Source of the DNA: a virus
Length of the DNA: 46,117 nt
Reading direction: 5' to 3' (one strand)
Virus record (IMG/VR): IMGVR_UViG_3300045988_041336
Shown here piece after piece: positions 7,278 through 15,923 of this stretch. How positions within the stretch are numbered: position 1 is the stretch's first letter; the number at the start of each line of letters is the position of its first letter. A program made the position numbers and the translations under genes. The notes below the pieces were generated by a model that was given only the letters and a program-made list of their open reading frames with translations, was not told the DNA's origin and did no database searches.

Positions 7278-8384
7278 TTACTTGTTTGTATCTTCTTGCA
7301 ACAGATTCACGGCGTCGATCATGCCGCTCATATCCGGATGGACATATCGCTGCGTCGTCGTTATCTTTGTGTGCCGCATGATCTCCTTAATCGTAAATGG
7401 GTCAATGTTTTTGGAGGCGAGGGCAGTTGCGGTCGTATGACGGCAGGAATACGGTGGGAGTTTCTGCACATCGGCCAACTCTAAGCACTCATAGTATCGT
7501 TTGTAAAAGTTGTCTTTGTTTATGCAGCATACGTTCCCAATGCGTGAGTCGCTTTCAGCGCACAAGGATTGAAGCAGCGGAGCGAGAAAATCTGGGAAAA
7601 CCATCGGCGTTTCCTTGCGCTTTTTCGTTTTTATGCCGCCTTTGACAATCTCGTTTTTATTAAAGTCGATCATGTCCTTTTTGAGCCGGAGCAGCTCGCC
7701 GGGCATCATCCCAGTATAAATCATTACCAGAACAAATCCGACGAAATGATCCTTTTCGTAAGCCGCCCATAGCTTCTTAATATCAGCATCGGAAAACGGC
7801 TCCGGGGACTTTTCTTCGAGGACGGGAAGCTTTATGTATTTCGCAAGATTCACCGTGGTTTGCTTTTCAGCAATTGCAAGATTGTAGCAATGGGACACAA
7901 CGGTTTTCATGTCCTTCCGCGTGTAATAGGTGCTGGCGTTGTGGTCGATCACATCTTGTATCTGCATAATTGTAAGACTATCAATTTCGCAGTCCGCGAT
8001 TTCCGCCAACCGCTGAAATGCCTTGTCCGAAGCGCCCTGCCGGTCGTTGGAAAGAGACAGGTAATCCCCTTTTTGGTATGTCTTGTAGTATTCACGGAGG
8101 GTGCAGCTTCGCTTGGCCTCCTTGGGCGGGTTTGCAGCGTATTGCAGAGCCGCGCGCTTGGATGCAAAGCCGCCTTTCGTTTTCATCTTTTGCTGAAGTT
8201 TCCCGTTTTCGTCGATGTATGTTTTTTCAGTCCAACGGGCCGTCCACGTTTTCCCGCGCTGGTATGCGTTTCCCTGCCCGTTTCCTCGCGTGCGGCTGCG
8301 CTGCACGATTTGCTTTTTCCCGCACCAGCAACAAAAAAGAGACCCATCGGGGATCTCCATTTTGCATTTTACACATCGCTGCAT
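7278..8384 (-). CDS. int: Tyrosine integrase with N-terminal zinc ribbon
   Basis: RBS AAGGAGG. The N-terminus is MQRCVKCKMEIPDGSLFCCWCGKK. The C-terminal catalytic region is ...CRHTTATALAS...IMRHTKITTTQRYVHPD (R..HxxR..Y). Confidence 0.9.
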   Translation of the reverse strand: MQRCVKCKMEIPDGSLFCCWCGKKQIVQRSRTRGNGQGNAYQRGKTWTARWTEKTYIDENGKLQQKMKTKGGFASKRAALQYAANPPKEAKRSCTLREYYKTYQKGDYLSLSNDRQGASDKAFQRLAEIADCEIDSLTIMQIQDVIDHNASTYYTRKDMKTVVSHCYNLAIAEKQTTVNLAKYIKLPVLEEKSPEPFSDADIKKLWAAYEKDHFVGFVLVMIYTGMMPGELLRLKKDMIDFNKNEIVKGGIKTKKRKETPMVFPDFLAPLLQSLCAESDSRIGNVCCINKDNFYKRYYECLELADVQKLPPYSCRHTTATALASKNIDPFTIKEIMRHTKITTTQRYVHPDMSGMIDAVNLLQEDTNK

Positions 8385-8436
8385 GGGTTACCTCCTTAAA
8401 AGTACCGCTCCGGCAGTGCGCCGGGGCGGCTATTTT

Positions 8437-8826
8437 TTATGCACGGAACCAACCGAGGGTGGGGCTCAGGATATCCACCACCATAGCAAAAGCGCAAAGC
8501 GCGACGATGCCGAGCAGGACAAGGGTGGTGATGCGGTGCATTTTCAGGGATTTTCGAAGCTGATCGCGCTGGGTGCGGAGGCTTTTGTTTTCAAGGCGAA
8601 GCAGCTCGGAGACGGATTCCGGAGCGGGCGGCGAGATACCGAAGTACGCGTTCATATCGATGCTGAGGGCATGGCAGATCGGGCCGACGGTGTAGACAGA
8701 GGCGCTTTTTGATTCGCCGCGCAGGTACTGAGAAACCGTATTCAGGGCGAGACCGGCACGGTCGGCGATGATCTGATTTGTGAGATGCGAAGCCTCCTTT
8801 GCTTCGCGGCAGAGCTGCCACAACAT
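8437..8826 (-). CDS. Membrane-anchored XRE-family HTH protein
   Basis: HTH LTNQIIADRAGLALNTVSQYLRG, a coiled segment, and C-terminal TM ITTLVLLGIVALCAFAMVVDIL. Start chosen at MLWQL; the ORF is open up to 8877. Confidence 0.6.
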   Translation of the reverse strand: MLWQLCREAKEASHLTNQIIADRAGLALNTVSQYLRGESKSASVYTVGPICHALSIDMNAYFGISPPAPESVSELLRLENKSLRTQRDQLRKSLKMHRITTLVLLGIVALCAFAMVVDILSPTLGWFRA

Positions 8827-8946
8827 TTTTTCCAAGAAAATCACTCCAAAAAACATGATTGGGGCGGAGAAAACCATGGAAATGGCTGTACATAACCATT
8901 GGTAAAAGCGTATGGTTTAACTACAGGCGGCTCCCAATCGCTTGCA

Positions 8947-8987
8947 GAAACCAAAGCCCGTGCCAGCATCGGCACGCTGGCACGGGC
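8947..8987 (-). terminator. Terminator of the Mrr-like gene
   Basis: 12-bp stem gcccgtgccagc/gctggcacgggc, followed on the minus strand by TTTGGTTTC. Confidence 0.65.
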
Positions 8988-9175
8988 AAAACCATCAACC
9001 ATGATATCAGCTTCTTTCCAAAGACTTTCCCGTTTCAGTATACCACATATGCAAGCCAATAAATGGGACTTATTCTGCAAATGACTGTAGAATTTTAATA
9101 TCCAGATTTTGTGCATTCTGTCGTGTTGACTTGTTGGAACATAAGTTCTAATATATCACCATGCACTTCAACTAT

Positions 9176-10096
9176 TCAAGAAGCACTTTCAATGAGCTGT
9201 AGTAGCACACTTCTACCCCATAGAAGGATATCTGTTGATGCTGCCGCTTCTTTGGCGCTTTGTGTGAAGCCTCGATTTGTTAGCACGATTCCAACGTGGC
9301 ACTTATAAATCTGCTTCCCGGTGAAGACCTCTTGGACGGCTGCGTTTCCAACATCACCGTCGTATCGCTTGCATTGGAAAGCATATTTGACTCCATCGCG
9401 CTCTGCAATGACATCTGCGCCTTGATCTCCGCTTCTTTTCGTAACAACGACATTTTGGTATCCGTTACCGCGCAAAACATCGGCGCAAAAACATTCAAAA
9501 TCAGTTCCGGACATTCTGTCGAAGTCCTGCGGAACGTTTCCGGATGCGGTTTGTTCAGGCACAGTGTTTTCGAATATAGGAACGCCGCAATCGCGCCGCA
9601 ATTCGGACATCATTCTACGCCCAAACGCGATAGTCCCCTCATTGAACACATGCCTATATTGATCGAAATCGTCTCTGAATTTCTCACAGTCGGAACGTGT
9701 TTTCTCAGGCCAATTTACATAAAGCCCACGTGCGTCTCTGACTATCCTGTTTTTATTCTGTTCCATGCAATTCCGAAGGTGCCATTGGAACTCTTCCAAG
9801 TATTTCTGCAAGTCGAAATACGGCAATGCTGACTTGTATGGCACTGCGTTCCTTATCTTTGCGAGATGTCTAGCCGAAGATAACGCCTCATAGTACAGAA
9901 CGATAAATTGGCCGAAGTCAGTTGTTTTGTTCATCTCAGCGATATTGCGGTTTATGCTATCAGCCAATCTCGAAGCCAAAGAAATGCAGTCTTTCTTAAA
10001 AAATGGAACTTTGAAATTTCGGTAGGCTATGTCGCTTTCTTCTTGTCTGTTGCGCGACAAATCAGCCGGTGGCGAGTATCTATACGAATCAGACAT
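9176..10096 (-). CDS. Mrr-type restriction endonuclease domain protein with unknown ~190-aa N-terminal domain
   Basis: RBS AAGGTGA. The C-terminus (FECFCADVLRGNGYQNVVVTKRSGDQGADVIAERDGVKYAFQCKRY...VGIVLTNRGFTQSA) shows the D..(D/E)xK pattern of Mrr_cat. The gene looks AT-richer than its flanks by eye (not computed). Confidence 0.7.
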   Translation of the reverse strand: MSDSYRYSPPADLSRNRQEESDIAYRNFKVPFFKKDCISLASRLADSINRNIAEMNKTTDFGQFIVLYYEALSSARHLAKIRNAVPYKSALPYFDLQKYLEEFQWHLRNCMEQNKNRIVRDARGLYVNWPEKTRSDCEKFRDDFDQYRHVFNEGTIAFGRRMMSELRRDCGVPIFENTVPEQTASGNVPQDFDRMSGTDFECFCADVLRGNGYQNVVVTKRSGDQGADVIAERDGVKYAFQCKRYDGDVGNAAVQEVFTGKQIYKCHVGIVLTNRGFTQSAKEAAASTDILLWGRSVLLQLIESAS

Positions 10097-10216
10097 ATAT
10101 AATCACCTTCGCAGGATCGCTATAATCATTGGTTTCAGAATAGGAGGATGGAATGGACAAGAATATGTGCAAAACGTTTGAGATTATAAATACGGCAAAA
10201 GACAAAGAAGCAGCGA

Positions 10217-10594
10217 TTAAAGTAGCCCTTGCGCTTTTAGTGTCGCTTCAAGAAGGGCCGGAAAAGCTTCCTGCGCCTCCGCTGGGAGTTTCCTGAACAA
10301 TTCAATAAGTTGTAATTCTGCTTCGGAGAGGTCGCCGGTTTCGGTGGCCTCTTTTTTTATGCCCGCAGACGGATCATTGGTTTCACCATTGAGCCATTCA
10401 ACGGGAACGTTGTATTTAGCTGAAACGACGTACAGGTAATTCCTGTACGACTTTGTTTTCCCGGCCTCCCACTCAGAAACAATGTTTGTCGGCGCGCCTA
10501 TGGCTTCACAAAATTCCTTTTTCGCTCCGTGGACATATTTACCATTCTCTTTTTTGGGGATGAGAGAAAGCATCCGTTCCAGCATAATATCCAT
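10217..10594 (-). CDS. CI-like XRE-family repressor
   Basis: HTH KKEFCEAIGAPTNIVSEWEAG. Divergent from the cro-like gene. Start uncertain: ATG at 10594 or TTG at 10618. Confidence 0.75.
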   Translation of the reverse strand: MDIMLERMLSLIPKKENGKYVHGAKKEFCEAIGAPTNIVSEWEAGKTKSYRNYLYVVSAKYNVPVEWLNGETNDPSAGIKKEATETGDLSEAELQLIELFRKLPAEAQEAFPALLEATLKAQGLL

Positions 10595-10832
10595 ACTATC
10601 ACCACGTGAATTGTGCAACTCTACGAAAACTAGAAAATTCTAATTTTATTGTTGCATTACTAGAATTTATGAGTTATTATATAACTGTACCCAAGAGGTA
10701 CAGAAAAGACAGCCGCTCCGAAAACGGCGAGATTATGTGTCCTGAACAAACCCATAATATCACCGCTTTCGGGCGCTGTCAATAATAACTACTCATATTT
10801 ATGAGGTATTAGGGGGGAGTGCCACGAGAAAC
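10595..10832. promoter_or_regulatory. Immunity switch region (divergent promoters/operators)
   Basis: Rightward promoter TTGCAT (10652-57), 17-nt spacer, TATTAT (10675-80). ACTAGAA half-sites at 10629 and 10659; inverted repeat TAGAA-aa-TTCTA (10631-42); GTACC-5-GGTAC at 10687-10701. Confidence 0.6.
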
Positions 10833-11027
10833 TTGAAAGAACTTCGCCTGAACGCCGGGTTGACGCAGGAAGCCGTTGCAAAGCGGTGTAATGTCAGTCA
10901 GGTTGCAGTACACAAGTGGGAGACCGGTAACGCAGGCATCGCAAGAAAGCACCACAAAAAACTTGCGAAACTTTATGGATGCTCGGTTGAAGATTTAGTT
11001 GCCGGGCAATCACTTGGAAAGGAATGA
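10833..11027 (+). CDS. Cro-like XRE-family HTH protein
   Basis: TTG start. LTQEAVAKRCNVSQVAVHKWETG. 64 aa. Confidence 0.75.
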   Translation: MKELRLNAGLTQEAVAKRCNVSQVAVHKWETGNAGIARKHHKKLAKLYGCSVEDLVAGQSLGKE

Positions 11028-11110
11028 AAACATGGATAACACAAAAGGCTTTAAGGCGTTCACACCGGGGCTTGTGTGTAAAGGAAAGCAATACGCCGAG
11101 AACACAGACC

Positions 11111-11332
11111 ATGACGCAGGCTGAAAAGGTACTCCGACACCTGAAAACAGTCGGGAAGATTACGCCGATGGATGCCATTCGGGAATACGGTTGTCTCAGG
11201 CTTGGCGCTAGAATATGCGACCTTCGCCGCGCGGGGTATCCGATCAGAAGCAAAATCGTAACCGGCGAAAATCGTTTTGGCGAACCGACGCATTATGCTG
11301 AATACAGTTTGGAGGCCGACGATGGAGATTGA
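11111..11332 (+). CDS. Winged-helix DNA-binding protein (HTH_39-like)
   Basis: MTQAEKVLRHLKTVGKITPMDAIREYGCLRLGARICDLRRAGYPI is typical of this phage HTH family. Confidence 0.65.
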   Translation: MTQAEKVLRHLKTVGKITPMDAIREYGCLRLGARICDLRRAGYPIRSKIVTGENRFGEPTHYAEYSLEADDGD

Positions 11333-11561
11333 TTATTCCAAAGACCCGCAGCAGGCAAGATGCGCGTATGACATCTTCGGCGTAGAGATTTACCCCGGAG
11401 AGGATTACTGGCAAGGCGACGAGGGAATCATGGCAGACCCCAGTACGGATAACTACAATCCAGACAATCAAATCGTCGCCTTGCTAGTACAACAACTCGG
11501 GACACGGTACATTTTGGAGGCGCTTGGCTACGAACGGCGCGTCTTAGAGCAAGGAGGATAA
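11322..11561 (+). CDS. Hypothetical protein
   Basis: The ATG overlaps the upstream stop. 79 aa, acidic. Confidence 0.5.
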   Translation: MEIDYSKDPQQARCAYDIFGVEIYPGEDYWQGDEGIMADPSTDNYNPDNQIVALLVQQLGTRYILEALGYERRVLEQGG

Positions 11562-11562
11562 T

Positions 11563-12207
11563 ATGCTGAAAGCATTTAACGAAATGGTGAAGATTGATGT
11601 CATGCCTTTCTGCGACAAACGAAAGGCGAAGGACGAAAACGGGAAAACGATCGAGGTCCCGTATCTTTCGTGGGCAAAGTGTAAAATGCTGTTGCACGAA
11701 AACGGCGCAGAGGTAGTTTATTTCACTCCGCGCACAGACCCATCCGGCAGCTACGTATTCAAGCACTACGAAACTTCAGACAAAAACGATAGGAAGACTG
11801 ATTGCTATTTTGTCTCCGTAGACATACACATCGACGAAAAAACATACACAATGGACTTCCCGCTGCTGAATGGATCACTTGTTGTCTACTCTGATACGCT
11901 CAATCAGCTTAGGATTTCAAACGCACACGCGAGAGCTTTTGTGAAGGGCGTTGCGATCTACACCGGCCTTGGTTTTTCCCTTTGGACTGGCGAGAAGGAT
12001 ACGGATGGGAATGTAGACGATCTGAGCACTCACAACATTTTTGCAATCAAGCAACGTGTCGAACAACTCCTGACTCAGAAAATGCAGGATGGCATTTCGA
12101 TAGATGATATTTGCAAGGAAGTCGGTCTTACAAGGAAAAGGCTCGATATAATTCTAGCCGCGTTTGGTGACATCAATCTCTTGGAGGAAAGACTTAAGAA
12201 GTTATGA
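11563..12207 (+). CDS. Single-strand annealing protein (DUF1071/Sak, Rad52-like)
   Basis: RBS AGGAGG. YLSWAKCKMLL...ISNAHARAFVKGVAIYTGLGFSLWTGEKD resembles the Sak/DUF1071 signature. Paired with an exonuclease gene. Confidence 0.6.
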   Translation: MLKAFNEMVKIDVMPFCDKRKAKDENGKTIEVPYLSWAKCKMLLHENGAEVVYFTPRTDPSGSYVFKHYETSDKNDRKTDCYFVSVDIHIDEKTYTMDFPLLNGSLVVYSDTLNQLRISNAHARAFVKGVAIYTGLGFSLWTGEKDTDGNVDDLSTHNIFAIKQRVEQLLTQKMQDGISIDDICKEVGLTRKRLDIILAAFGDINLLEERLKKL

Positions 12208-12782
12208 TTCATGACCACGACAGGAGCGGGTGGTTTGGAGCGTCAGATACTGCGACAATCATGGGCCGATGGGATACAAAGACCTTCAGACAGTTTTGGC
12301 TGCAAAAACTCGGCTTGAATCACGACTATTACACAAATCTGCAAATGGAAACCGGAACGGCATTTGAGCACCGTATTCTCGAATTCATTGGCGTGAACAG
12401 GATGGACAGGCAAATAAAGATTCGTGGTTATCGCCTGCGGGTGAACTTAGATGGTGAAACATCAGATGAAATCTCAGAGGTAAAAACGCACAAGAGCCAT
12501 ACATTCAAAGTTTCTATGGCGTACTGGATGCAAGCGCAGGTAGAGATGTATGCCGCTCGAAAGAATCTAAGAATTGTCGCGTATAACTTAGAACCAGATG
12601 ATTATAAAAACTGGTTTCGCGAAATAGATGCTGACAGGTTGAGCTATCACAAGATCGAATATGACCATGCTTGGGTTGAAAATGAGTATTTGCCAAGGAT
12701 TCGATACCTAGCACATTGTTTACGGAAAGGGGTTTTCCCTATTGATGGAGATTACATTCGAGAACGCCGACTGGTCGATTGA
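12204..12782 (+). CDS. YqaJ-like PD-(D/E)xK recombination exonuclease
   Basis: ATGA overlap with the upstream gene. GWFGASDTATIMG...GTAFEHRILE...NLDGETSDEISEVKTHK. Confidence 0.7.
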   Translation: MIHDHDRSGWFGASDTATIMGRWDTKTFRQFWLQKLGLNHDYYTNLQMETGTAFEHRILEFIGVNRMDRQIKIRGYRLRVNLDGETSDEISEVKTHKSHTFKVSMAYWMQAQVEMYAARKNLRIVAYNLEPDDYKNWFREIDADRLSYHKIEYDHAWVENEYLPRIRYLAHCLRKGVFPIDGDYIRERRLVD

Positions 12783-13305
12783 TTCCGCTGGTACATGGCT
12801 TCGCATCCGCGCGGACGTCCCCGCAAAAGCGCAGATGTTTCTGGCAACGATGATTCCCGGAAAGAAGTACGTCGCGGAGATCAAGGAGTTCCGCAAGAAG
12901 CGTAGTCTTGATTCAAACAACTACTTCTGGCAGCTCTGCGATCAGATCGCGAACAAGCTCGGACGGACGAAAGAAGACATATACATCGACTATATCAAGG
13001 CGGTCGGCGTATTTAAGGACTTCCACCTCACAAGAGAGGACGCGCCAACGTTCCGGACGGCGTGGTCTATGCTCGGGACAGGCTGGCCGACCGAAGAAGT
13101 TGACTATAAGCAGGACGGAGATGGCGTTGTTGTCAGAGCCTATTACGGCTCTTCGACGTATAACAGCAAGCAAATGTGCCGCATTATCGATATGGCGGTG
13201 CAGGATGCGAAAAGCCTCGGAATCGAGACCTTGACGCCGGACGAGCTGGCTCGAATGAACATTGAATGGGGTGAGAGAGTTGCACAAACAGACAAAGGCA
13301 ACTAG
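12745..13305 (+). CDS. NinB/Orf-like recombination mediator
   Basis: KKRSLDSNNYFWQLCDQIANKLG matches the RSLDQN..W motif of lambda NinB. Confidence 0.6.
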   Translation: MEITFENADWSIDSAGTWLRIRADVPAKAQMFLATMIPGKKYVAEIKEFRKKRSLDSNNYFWQLCDQIANKLGRTKEDIYIDYIKAVGVFKDFHLTREDAPTFRTAWSMLGTGWPTEEVDYKQDGDGVVVRAYYGSSTYNSKQMCRIIDMAVQDAKSLGIETLTPDELARMNIEWGERVAQTDKGN

Positions 13306-13588
13306 TATCCCCGCCTCTGTAAAAGAGGCCGTTATGGAGCGTGACGGCGGCTACTGCATCGTTTGCGGTAGACCGGGAAGCCCGTGGTGCCACTACATAC
13401 CGCGCTCACACGGCGGCCTTGGAATCGCCGAGAACATCATAACGCTGTGCGACATATGTCACACCAGATACGACCAATCAGCAGACCGCGCGGCGTTCAA
13501 AGATGTGCTGGCGAATTATCTGAGAAGCAAATATCCCGGATGGGACGAAACAAACCTTGTATACAGGAAAGGAATTTGGAATGCTTAA
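13280..13588 (+). CDS. HNH endonuclease
   Basis: RDGGYCIVCG...HYIPRSHGG...NIITLCDICH. Start uncertain (TTG 13262, GTG 13271 or TTG 13280). Confidence 0.75.
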   Translation: MHKQTKATSIPASVKEAVMERDGGYCIVCGRPGSPWCHYIPRSHGGLGIAENIITLCDICHTRYDQSADRAAFKDVLANYLRSKYPGWDETNLVYRKGIWNA

Positions 13589-13973
13589 CACAATTACAAT
13601 CATGGGAAGGTTAACTACTGACCCGATACTGCGGAGAACGCAGACCGGCGTTGCGGCCGCCTCCTTCACGCTGGCCTGTGAGCGCGACTACGCGCCGCAG
13701 GGCGGGGAGAAAGAGACAGACTTCATCAATGTTGTCTGCTGGCGCAGCACCGCCGAGTTCGTAGACAAATACTTCTCAAAAGGCCGTATGGCCGTAGTGT
13801 CTGGCCGCTTGCAGATTCGCGACTGGACGGATAAAGAAGGGAACAAACGCCGCAGCGCAGAAATCCTTGCGGATCGCGTTTATTTTGGCGACTCCAAGCA
13901 CGACAACGATTCTCATGAAGCCAAGAGCGATTTCACGGAAGTTCAGGGCAACGAAGATGATTTGCCCTTCTGA
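13581..13973 (+). CDS. ssb: Single-stranded DNA-binding protein
   Basis: RBS AGGAAAGGA. OB-fold N-terminus ITIMGRLTTDPILR and acidic tail ending DDLPF. Confidence 0.9.
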   Translation: MLNTITIMGRLTTDPILRRTQTGVAAASFTLACERDYAPQGGEKETDFINVVCWRSTAEFVDKYFSKGRMAVVSGRLQIRDWTDKEGNKRRSAEILADRVYFGDSKHDNDSHEAKSDFTEVQGNEDDLPF

Positions 13974-13988
13974 TTGGAGGTGGTACAT

Positions 13989-14165
13989 ATGCAGTATGAT
14001 GTAATGCTTATCGGGTCTACGGACATATCGGATTTCAACGACGTAGATACACCCGTTTTCATCTTCAAGAATATTTCCCGTGATGAATTTGATACGTTGA
14101 TGAATTTGGCAGACAGAAACGGGGGAATTACAGTCTGCGTTCGCTATCACCACTCCGAGGCATAG
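13989..14165 (+). CDS. Hypothetical protein
   Basis: ATG 8 nt after GGAGG. 58 aa. Confidence 0.5.
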   Translation: MQYDVMLIGSTDISDFNDVDTPVFIFKNISRDEFDTLMNLADRNGGITVCVRYHHSEA

Positions 14166-14170
14166 CGCCT

Positions 14171-14938
14171 ATGGCATTTGACAGTTTCAATGCCTATCAC
14201 AGCTACTTGAAGTCGATTGACCCGCTCAACGACGCGGAAAGAGGGCGGCTTTTCACGGCATGCCTAGAATACAGCATGACGGGCGAAGCCCCCGATTTAC
14301 GTGGGAACGAGCGTTTCGTCTTTCCGGTGATGAAAGAGCGGATAGATAGGGATAAAACGAGATATGCCGCTAAATGTGAGGCGAATAGGAAGAACGTCAA
14401 AAAGAGATGGAGTGATACGAACGCATACGACCGTATACCATCGAATACGAACGTATACGACCGTATACAATCGAATACGTTCGTATGTGAGGGAGAAAAA
14501 GAAGAGGGCGCCCCCCTTGTTCCCCCTTCCCCTTCTCCCCCTGTAACCCCCGTAACCCCATCCCCCTATAATCCCCCTTCCCCAGAAGAAAAAGAGGGCG
14601 CAGCACACGCGCGAGGAGCGGGAGCACGAAAACCGACGCGAAAGCAATTTACCCCGCCGACGCTTGACGAGGTTACCGCCTACGCGGAAAGCCGTGGGCA
14701 TCCTGAGTTTGCCAAGAAGTTCTTCGAGTATTTCACCGTTGGCAACTGGATTGACGCAAAAGGCCAGCCTGTGCAGAACTGGAAGCAGAAGTTCTTGACG
14801 TGGGAAGCGAATGGGAAGGATAAAAACGGCCAGCCAGCGCGAAAAAATTCAACATACGTCGAGCATGGCGGCGAAATGGGGGACTTTGAACGCCGGGCAA
14901 TGCAAAAAATGATGGAAAGAGGAATGCCGGATGGTTAG
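14171..14938 (+). CDS. Putative replication/origin-associated protein (DUF6291-like N-terminus, Pro-rich linker)
   Basis: The N-terminus MAFDSFNAYHSY...LNDAERGRLFTACLEYSMTGEAP...RIDRDKTRY is DUF6291-like. The C-terminus is TLDEVTAYAESRGHPEFAKKFFEYFTVGNWIDAKGQPVQNWKQKF. Iterons lie inside the gene. Confidence 0.55.
   Translation: MAFDSFNAYHSYLKSIDPLNDAERGRLFTACLEYSMTGEAPDLRGNERFVFPVMKERIDRDKTRYAAKCEANRKNVKKRWSDTNAYDRIPSNTNVYDRIQSNTFVCEGEKEEGAPLVPPSPSPPVTPVTPSPYNPPSPEEKEGAAHARGAGARKPTRKQFTPPTLDEVTAYAESRGHPEFAKKFFEYFTVGNWIDAKGQPVQNWKQKFLTWEANGKDKNGQPARKNSTYVEHGGEMGDFERRAMQKMMERGMPDG
14415..14487. repeat. Iteron-like 30-nt direct repeats (candidate origin)
   Basis: ATACGAACG[C/T]ATACGACCGTATAC[C/A]ATCGA at 14415 and 14445, and a partial third copy at 14475 that is inverted in its first 12 nt (ATACGTTCGTAT). 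Internal palindromes ATACGAACGTAT and CGTATACG. Confidence 0.6.
14511..14583. repeat. C-rich tract: 9 runs of C4-6 (G-runs on the minus strand)
   Basis: Strongly strand-asymmetric. Encodes the Pro-rich linker PLVPPSPSPPVTPVTPSPYNPPSP. Starts 24 nt downstream of the iterons. Confidence 0.7.
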
Positions 14939-15176
14939 AATCGGGCAATTTGACGAACGGTGTCCTTGCAAGCAAGATTGCGCTGGTCGGAGCGCGGAAG
15001 GCCGCAAAACCTGTGCAGCATATGCCGAGTATGCGAAGATCAAAACTGCCGAGTACGAAAAGCGCGTCGAGGAAGGCGAGAAACGCCGCCTTGCGAGGGC
15101 ATGGACACAAGCGCAATCCAGATTTGCAGCGAAAGCCAGAGGAGATACACGGCGCGGTAAGCGCCACTTGAAGTAG
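14931..15176 (+). CDS. Hypothetical basic Cys-containing protein
   Basis: The ATG overlaps the upstream stop (ATGGTTAG). Two other frames are also open here, so the frame choice is tentative. Confidence 0.4.
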   Translation: MVRIGQFDERCPCKQDCAGRSAEGRKTCAAYAEYAKIKTAEYEKRVEEGEKRRLARAWTQAQSRFAAKARGDTRRGKRHLK

Positions 15177-15187
15177 GAGGCTAGGAT

Positions 15188-15391
15188 ATGCCGAACATTG
15201 ACGAGCTCCGGGCTATGGACAGCCCGACGATCACACCGGCGGTCGCGTCGAGGTTTCTCGGCTGCGCGCCACACTGGCTGCGAATCATGGCACGGGAAAA
15301 ACCGGAGATGCTGGGATTCCCAGTCTGCTGCACAAGCGAACACAGGGTGAAAATCCCGAGAGAGCCATTTATCCGGTTCCTCGGAGGATGA
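15188..15391 (+). CDS. Excisionase-family/MerR-like HTH protein (possible Xis)
   Basis: RBS AGGAGG. ITPAVASRFLGCAPHWLRIMAREK....VKIPREPFIRFLGG fits the excisionase-type winged-helix pattern. Confidence 0.45.
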   Translation: MPNIDELRAMDSPTITPAVASRFLGCAPHWLRIMAREKPEMLGFPVCCTSEHRVKIPREPFIRFLGG

Positions 15392-15405
15392 AAGGAGAGG
15401 ATAGC

Positions 15406-15672
15406 ATGAGCGACGTGGAGTTTATCACGGGAGTCAATCACCAGAGAGCGCGGGAACGCGAATGGGAAGCACGCAGAGCCGAGAGGGACGGCCTGCGGGA
15501 AAAGAGAGAGCGGGTACGACGGGTGGCGCTCTCCGGCTGCTGGCTGGCAGGGGCGTTTTTGTCCGGCATGGCGCTGGTGCTGCTGGCCTTGGAGCTGGCC
15601 GGTGCGGCACTGGCATTCGGCGGAGCGGCGGCGATCAGCGCTGTACTGGGGAGTGTGCTGTATGAGCTGTGA
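15406..15672 (+). CDS. Small membrane protein
   Basis: ATG after AAAGGAGAGG. Charged N-terminus and two Ala/Gly/Leu-rich TM helices. Confidence 0.5.
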   Translation: MSDVEFITGVNHQRAREREWEARRAERDGLREKRERVRRVALSGCWLAGAFLSGMALVLLALELAGAALAFGGAAAISAVLGSVLYEL

Positions 15673-15910
15673 GGATATTATCAGGGCGCTGCGGTGCATA
15701 TCCACACCGGACGGTGAGTATGAGGACTGCACGGGATGCCCGTACTACAAGCAAGAACGATTGAGCGCGGAGCTGAAAGAAAGGCTGCTGGTAGATACAT
15801 GGCCAAGATGCGACTGTGACAAAGTCTGCATGGATGCAGCCGACAGGATCGAGCGGCTGGAGGCAGAAAACAAGGCGCTTCGAGCGAAGCTGCCGGGAAA
15901 CGAAATTTAA
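15662..15910 (+). CDS. Cys-rich + leucine-zipper protein (paralogue family A)
   Basis: MSCEDIIRALRCIS..C.GC......AADRIERLEAENKALRAKL. Paralogous N-terminal modules are at 18635 and 19677. Confidence 0.6.
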   Translation: MSCEDIIRALRCISTPDGEYEDCTGCPYYKQERLSAELKERLLVDTWPRCDCDKVCMDAADRIERLEAENKALRAKLPGNEI

Positions 15911-15923
15911 GGAGGAAACAATA

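Noticed and set aside
10153-10296. 47-codon + strand ORF (MDKNMCKTFEIINTAKDKEAAIKV...) with an AGGAGG RBS, convergent with the CI-like gene and overlapping its 3' end by 80 nt
   Set aside because: The RBS spacing is plausible, but the ORF is very short, overlaps a well-supported gene and has no recognisable motif. The support is insufficient to call it.
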